Assembly (NCBI RefSeq): GCF_003609645.1
Contig: NZ_MCIB01000036.1
Location: forward strand, 67,303 to 131,302
Reading direction: 5' to 3'
Length of the DNA: 64,000 nt
Source of the DNA: Thermohalobacter berrensis
GTDB taxonomy: Bacteria; Bacillota; Clostridia; Tissierellales; Thermohalobacteraceae
The notes below the pieces were generated by a model that was given only the letters and a program-made list of their open reading frames with translations, was not told the DNA's origin and did no database searches. Position numbers and translations under genes: made by a program. This document shows, piece by piece, positions 59,528 through 64,000 of the stretch. Position 1 is the first letter of the stretch. The number at the start of each line of letters is the position of its first letter.

Positions 59528-60823
59528 ATGAAGATATTAGATTGGATTAAATTAAGCTTTAACACTAAAAAATGGATTATTATTGGGGGGATTGGGCTTA
59601 TATGTCTAATAATTGGTATAACCCCTATTTCTTATGAACTAGTTTTGCTAATAAATAACCCAATAATATATATAATACTATTACTATTGGGAGGACTTCT
59701 TGTTATACTGTCTTTTAAAAAAGGTTTTAATTCTGTTTTAAAACTACTACAAAGTTCAGATGGTAATTTAAATGTAGACTCAGTCAATAGGGTTTTATAT
59801 AAAAAAAAGGTATTAGAAAAGGGACCTAAAATAGTAGCTATAGGAGGAGGAACAGGATTATCTGTATTACTAAGGGGGTTGAAAGAGTATACATCTAATA
59901 TTACAGCTATAGTTACAGTTGCGGATGATGGTGGAGGCTCTGGAGTATTAAGAGAAGACTTAGGGATGCTTCCTCCAGGAGATATTAGAAACTGTATATT
60001 AGCCTTAGCAGATACAGAACCTGTTATGGAAAAAGTATTACAACATAGATTTAAAGAAGGAAAGCTTAAAGGTCAGAACTTTGGTAACCTCTTTATCGCA
60101 GCAATGAATGAGATATATGGTAATTTTGAGAGGGCAATAAAAGAAATAAGTAATGTATTAGCCGTTACGGGAAGGGTACTTCCTATGACATTAGAAGATG
60201 TAAAACTATATGCCAAATTAAAAAATGGTGAAATAATTGAAGGAGAATCCAAAATACCTATTAAAAATAAAGAGCTAGGCAGTGAAATAGATGAGGTTTT
60301 TATTAATCCAAAGGAAAGCTATCCATTAAAAGAAGCCATTGATGCAATCAATGAAGCTGATGGAATAGTACTAGGTCCAGGAAGTTTATATACAAGTGTT
60401 ATTCCAAATCTTTTAGTTAAGGATTTAAGTTATCATATTTGGAAATCTGATGCAGTTAAAATTTATGTATCTAATGTAATGACTCAGCCTGGAGAAACTG
60501 ATAATTATGATGTATTAGACCATGTAAAGGCTTTATTAAAACATGGAAAAATAGATATTGTAGACTATGTAATTGTAAATAATGAAGAAATTCCAGAAAG
60601 TGTTTTAAAAAAATATCATGAGGATGGAGCACAATCGGTTATTATCTCAGATAATCAAGAAAAAGAGTTAAATAAGATGAACATAAAAGTAATTAAAGAG
60701 GATTTAATAGATATAAAGAAAAATTATGTTAGACATGATGCTCACAAGGTAAGTAAAATAATTACAGACCTTATAATTAAGAAAAAAATTGAAAAAGACA
60801 ATAAAAATAGCAGGGAGAACTAA
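59528..60823 (+). CDS. yvcK: Gluconeogenesis factor YvcK (UPF0052/CofD-like) with ~95-aa N-terminal two-TM extension
   Basis: Core IVAIGGGTGLSVLLRGLK...VADDGGGSGVLRED. Residues 1-95 contain two hydrophobic helices that are absent from the ~320-aa B. subtilis protein. Confidence 0.85.
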   Translation: MKILDWIKLSFNTKKWIIIGGIGLICLIIGITPISYELVLLINNPIIYIILLLLGGLLVILSFKKGFNSVLKLLQSSDGNLNVDSVNRVLYKKKVLEKGPKIVAIGGGTGLSVLLRGLKEYTSNITAIVTVADDGGGSGVLREDLGMLPPGDIRNCILALADTEPVMEKVLQHRFKEGKLKGQNFGNLFIAAMNEIYGNFERAIKEISNVLAVTGRVLPMTLEDVKLYAKLKNGEIIEGESKIPIKNKELGSEIDEVFINPKESYPLKEAIDAINEADGIVLGPGSLYTSVIPNLLVKDLSYHIWKSDAVKIYVSNVMTQPGETDNYDVLDHVKALLKHGKIDIVDYVIVNNEEIPESVLKKYHEDGAQSVIISDNQEKELNKMNIKVIKEDLIDIKKNYVRHDAHKVSKIITDLIIKKKIEKDNKNSREN

Positions 60824-61344
60824 TTCTCCGCTGCTATTTTTATGCCTGAAAGTTTTAACGCTGTTAAAACAGCTTTATATATAATTATTGTAATAAATGT
60901 ATTCGTTATAGAAGTAGGTAGTACTATTCCTATAAACAACACCTTAAATGGAACAGGCAGCCCTACTATTAATAGGGCAGAAAGTAGAAAAACAGTGCCA
61001 CTTATAATAGTACCAATAAAAGATATTACTCCTACAGAAAAGTTATTTAACTTTATTTTAGATAGAAACTTTATTAAGAAAAAGAGTATTACACAAGTAA
61101 TTAGTTTATCGATTAAATTTGGTATTTGTCCACCGGGAAAAGTTGTAGTTAAAGCTGTAATTATACCACCTAATAAAGCTGTTAGAATAGCATTTTTAAA
61201 GTTATTATTTATTAATAAAGAAACAAAAATGAATGAAAGCATTAAATCAAATTTCATGCTTCCTAAGGTTCCTGGAACTATTTGGTGAAGAATAAATCCT
61301 ATAGCCAAAAGTAATGCAGTTAAAATACTTTTTCTTAAATTCAT
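60820..61344 (-). CDS. trpP: Tryptophan transporter TrpP-family membrane protein
   Basis: RBS AAAGGAGAG. ALTTTFPGGQIPNLIDK and SGTVFLLSALLIVGLP closely match the B. subtilis TrpP (YhaG) pattern. It lies downstream of a Trp-specific T-box. Confidence 0.75.
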   Translation of the reverse strand: MNLRKSILTALLLAIGFILHQIVPGTLGSMKFDLMLSFIFVSLLINNNFKNAILTALLGGIITALTTTFPGGQIPNLIDKLITCVILFFLIKFLSKIKLNNFSVGVISFIGTIISGTVFLLSALLIVGLPVPFKVLFIGIVLPTSITNTFITIIIYKAVLTALKLSGIKIAAEN

Positions 61345-61450
61345 AAAAAATCTCTCCTTTTTATTTTTTTAATATTAAAGCCGTACCAGTATGGTTTATC
61401 AGTATCTTCTCTTCAAAGCATTCATATCACCACCTTAATTTTTTTAGAAA

Positions 61451-61723
61451 TAAAAAAAGTCTTCCATCCCTAAGGGACGAAAGACTTAATTTCGCGGTAC
61501 CACCCTGGTTAGATAGTAAAAACTATCTCACTTTTTCAGATACGGAGCAATTATTTGCTCGATATCCTATTCCTATAACGGGAAACTCCCGGCTTGAGCT
61601 ACTCTCTTAATAATTAAGATTTCGCTTAGCTTCTCCCAGGTCCATTCGCTAGAAACCCAATACCGAGCTCACACCAACCTCGGTTCGCTTTGATTAGGTG
61701 AACTAACTACTACTCCTGTTCAC
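61451..61723 (-). promoter_or_regulatory. T-box riboswitch leader, specifier UGG (tRNA-Trp), with terminator
   Basis: On the minus strand, stem I CAGG-AGTAGTAG-TTAG...CTAG-CGAATGGA-CCTG; the specifier TGG is at plus 61642-61644. T-box AACCAGGGTGGTACCGCG at plus 61493-61510. Terminator AAGTCTTTCGTCCC-ttag-GGATGGAAGACTT-T7 at plus 61451-61488. Confidence 0.7.
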
Positions 61724-61830
61724 AGAATTTGTAAAATGTTTTTAATTTAAAGAAATTTTATCATATTATGACTTCTAAATCAATATAAAAATTACAAATT
61801 TTTAATAAATTCTATAAATTTAAAGGAGGA

Positions 61831-61859
61831 TACTATAATATATAGAATATATTATAGTA
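61831..61859 (+). promoter_or_regulatory. 13-bp perfect inverted repeat in tnaA leader (candidate operator/attenuator hairpin)
   Basis: TACTATAATATAT-aga-ATATATTATAGTA is directly preceded by the SD-like AAAGGAGGA and followed by GAATTTTTTATT. Confidence 0.4.
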
Positions 61860-61910
61860 GAATTTTTTATTGCATTAATATATTATGTCTTCATAAGGAG
61901 GGATTAATTA

Positions 61911-63290
61911 ATGTACGATAAAATGGCAGAACCATATAAAATTAAAATGGTAGAAAGAATTAGACTTATACCTAAAGAAGAAAGGGAAAAGAAAATAAAA
62001 GAGGTAGGTTATAATGTATTTGGATTAAAAGCTGAAGATGTATATATAGACTTATTAACAGATAGTGGTACAGGTGCTATGAGTGATAACCAATGGGCTG
62101 GAATTATGTTAGGAGATGAATCCTATGCAGGTAGTAGAAACTTTTATAACTTACAGGATACAGTAAGAGGGATTATAGGCTATAATTATTTTATACCTAC
62201 ACATCAAGGTAGAGGTGCGGAAAACGTTTTATTTCCTATTCTAATAAAAAAAGGACAGTATGTACTAGGAAATATGCACTTTGATACTACAAAGGCACAC
62301 ATAGAATTAAAGGGCGGTAGAGCAGTAAACCTAATTACCGAAGATGCTTTTGATACAGAAAAAGAACATCCTTTCAAAGGAAACTTTGATATAGAGAAAT
62401 TAGAAAGCTTTATAAAAGAAAAGGGAGCAGAAAACTGTGCCTTTATTCTTATAACAGTTACTTGTAATAGTGCAGGTGGACAGCCTGTATCAATGGAAAA
62501 TATTAAAGAAGTTAGAAAAATTGCTGATAAATACGGATTAAAGGTATTTTTTGATGCTGCAAGGTTTGCTGAAAATGCTTATTTTATAAAACGAAGAGAA
62601 GAAGGATATAAAGATAAAAGTATTAGAGAAATAGTAAAAGAAATGTTTTCTTATGGTGAAGGATTAACTATGAGTGCTAAAAAAGATGGTATTGTAAATA
62701 TAGGTGGTATGATAGCAATTAAAAACGATGAAGAGCTTTATAACTTAGTAAGACAATCATTGGTACCTATTGAAGGCTTCCCAACTTATGGAGGACTAGC
62801 TGGTAGAGATATGGAAGCATTATCAAGAGGTTTAAGGGAAGTTGTAGACGAATCATATTTAAGCTCTAGAATTGGTCAAGTAGAATATTTAGGGAAGAAA
62901 CTAGATGAAGCAGGAATACCTATTCAAAAACCTGTAGGAGGTCATGCGGTATTTGTAGATGCTAAAAAAATGCTGCCACATATTCCTTATTACCAATTTC
63001 CAGCTCAAGCTTTATGTGTAGAATTATATAAAGAAGCAGGAGTTAGAGGAGTTGAAATAGGTTCTTTCTTATTAGGCAGAGACCCTGATACTGGTGAGCA
63101 GTTAGAGTCACCTCTTGAGTTATTGAGACTAACTATTCCAAGGAGAGTATATACATATAATCATATGGATGTTATAGCAGAAGCACTTAAAAATATCTAT
63201 AAGAGAAAGGACCAACTAAAAGGTTATGAATTTACCTATGAACCAAAAGTTTTAAGACACTTTACAGCTAGATTAAAACCAGTTGAATAG
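61911..63290 (+). CDS. tnaA: Tryptophanase-family beta-eliminating lyase (tryptophanase; tyrosine phenol-lyase not excluded)
   Basis: PLP-lysine region [52 protein letters not shown] and [16 protein letters not shown] match TnaA/TPL. Confidence 0.7.
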   Translation: MYDKMAEPYKIKMVERIRLIPKEEREKKIKEVGYNVFGLKAEDVYIDLLTDSGTGAMSDNQWAGIMLGDESYAGSRNFYNLQDTVRGIIGYNYFIPTHQGRGAENVLFPILIKKGQYVLGNMHFDTTKAHIELKGGRAVNLITEDAFDTEKEHPFKGNFDIEKLESFIKEKGAENCAFILITVTCNSAGGQPVSMENIKEVRKIADKYGLKVFFDAARFAENAYFIKRREEGYKDKSIREIVKEMFSYGEGLTMSAKKDGIVNIGGMIAIKNDEELYNLVRQSLVPIEGFPTYGGLAGRDMEALSRGLREVVDESYLSSRIGQVEYLGKKLDEAGIPIQKPVGGHAVFVDAKKMLPHIPYYQFPAQALCVELYKEAGVRGVEIGSFLLGRDPDTGEQLESPLELLRLTIPRRVYTYNHMDVIAEALKNIYKRKDQLKGYEFTYEPKVLRHFTARLKPVE

Positions 63291-63320
63291 AAATGATGCT
63301 GCTTTAAGCAGCATCATTTC
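63290..63320. terminator. Bidirectional terminator (perfect 31-nt palindrome)
   Basis: GAAATGATGCTGCTT-T-AAGCAGCATCATTTC overlaps the tnaA stop and precedes the stop of the convergent gene. Confidence 0.7.
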
Positions 63321-63329
63321 TATAACATT

Positions 63330-63872
63330 TTAGTGTCTTTTATATTTTTGATTTAGCATTTTAGAAATTAGGGTTCCAGCAGTTTTTTTAGTAAGGGAGT
63401 TTATATCTACATTTATATTTAAAGAGTCAGAAAGATTTTGTATTGTTTCAATTTGCCTTTTAGTTGGAGGTTCATCTATTGAAAAGTTAATATCTTGTTT
63501 TTCATTAGTATTAAATTGAGGAGTTTCATTAATTTCATCTATGTTAATTTCTTCAATAGCTGTCATACCTACATTAGTTAAATCTCGTAAAGCCCTTGCT
63601 TTAGCTCTAGTGGAGGCCATTCTAATTAAATGTGGTTCTATATTTATATTAACCGATTGAGGACTTGCATCGCCAAAGTCTATGAATTTACCATTTTCAG
63701 ATATTGCGGTTGCTTTACATATAGCTGTCATGTTATTTTCTTTAGTAGGAACTTGTATTAATTCTACTTCAATTGATTTTAATTTTTTCTGATGGGCTAA
63801 ATCCAATAGTCCTTCATATGTTACATAGGATTTTCCTTGAAGATTGATTACAAAATTTTCTTTTAATGCCAT
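63330..63872 (-). CDS. Hypothetical protein, tentatively a phage-type single-strand annealing protein (ERF/Rad52-like) with acidic C-terminal tail
   Basis: QGKSYVTYEGLLDLAHQ and IRMASTRAKARALRDLTNVG resemble the two conserved blocks of ERF/Rad52-family SSAPs. The C-terminal D/E/N-rich tail is also consistent. The assignment is from memory of family patterns and is uncertain. Confidence 0.4.
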   Translation of the reverse strand: MALKENFVINLQGKSYVTYEGLLDLAHQKKLKSIEVELIQVPTKENNMTAICKATAISENGKFIDFGDASPQSVNINIEPHLIRMASTRAKARALRDLTNVGMTAIEEINIDEINETPQFNTNEKQDINFSIDEPPTKRQIETIQNLSDSLNINVDINSLTKKTAGTLISKMLNQKYKRH

Positions 63873-64000
63873 TAGTTCACCTCCTAATTATAGCATTTAC
63901 CTCTTAATATTAGTTTTGTTTTATAAAATATAAATAAACAGGTTAATAAAAGCTTAAGTTGAACAAATTGGGATATAAAACAGTACTTTGAATTGATCTT

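Noticed and set aside
61724-61910. TnaC-like regulatory leader peptide upstream of tnaA
   Set aside because: Only 3-6 codon mini-ORFs exist (MSS, MTSKSI, MFLI). None has a Trp codon or an SD.
1-64000. tRNA, rRNA, CRISPR arrays, IS elements or transposases
   Set aside because: No T-arm/GTTCxAxxC motifs, no regularly spaced direct repeats, and no transposase-like ORFs were found in any frame.

Overview
This is an AT-rich (about 30 % GC) chromosomal segment from a Firmicutes/Clostridia-type genome, almost entirely coding and mostly housekeeping. The transketolase is split into N- and C-terminal subunits. The Bacillus-type acpS–ydcC–alr–ndoAI–ndoA (mazEF) synteny is conserved.

Recognisable modules, left to right:
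- 5'-truncated M20 peptidase, then an orphan ANTAR response regulator.
- Giant secreted YfkN-like 2',3'-cyclic-nucleotide phosphodiesterase/5'-nucleotidase with a C-terminal LysM anchor.
- acpS fused in frame to an Nnr/YjeF-C dehydratase, followed by a YdcC-like lipoprotein, alr and mazEF.
- Cell-wall polysaccharide cluster: GT4, DUF4330, O-antigen-ligase-like, csaB pyruvyltransferase and tagA.
- YitT-family protein and split tkt.
- Two LysM proteins, one of them GH18 SleL/YaaH-like, a PrcB-like protein and a LonC-like protease.
- MTHFS, then ftsE–ftsX–M23 (EnvC-like)–ctpA–PDZ membrane protein.
- SOS-boxed uvrBA and putP.
- A T-box leader (probably Ile) driving a Liv-type branched-chain amino-acid ABC transporter (SBP-livHMGF).
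- vanZ, nfeD–floT (flotillin), and a MATE/marR/flavin-reductase stress module.
- uvrC, a PspC-domain protein and hprK.
- PHP-phosphatase–glcK–SBP–murB–PHP–rapZ–yvcK.
- A second, minus-strand T-box (specifier UGG) driving trpP, divergent from a tryptophanase-family gene.
- An ERF/Rad52-like gene at the window edge.

No rRNA, tRNA, CRISPR or IS elements were seen.

The most notable items are:
- the two T-box leaders with readable specifier loops;
- the trpP/tnaA divergent pair with a 13-bp perfect palindrome in the tnaA leader;
- the AcpS–Nnr fusion;
- a strongly SD-preceded 31-aa hydrophobic mini-ORF resembling a type I toxin;
- a membrane-anchored YvcK lacking an adjacent whiA;
- a PrcB-like/LysM/LonC cluster;
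- a possible mobile-element boundary at the 3' end.

No self-contained novel multi-gene system (e.g. defence island) is evident.
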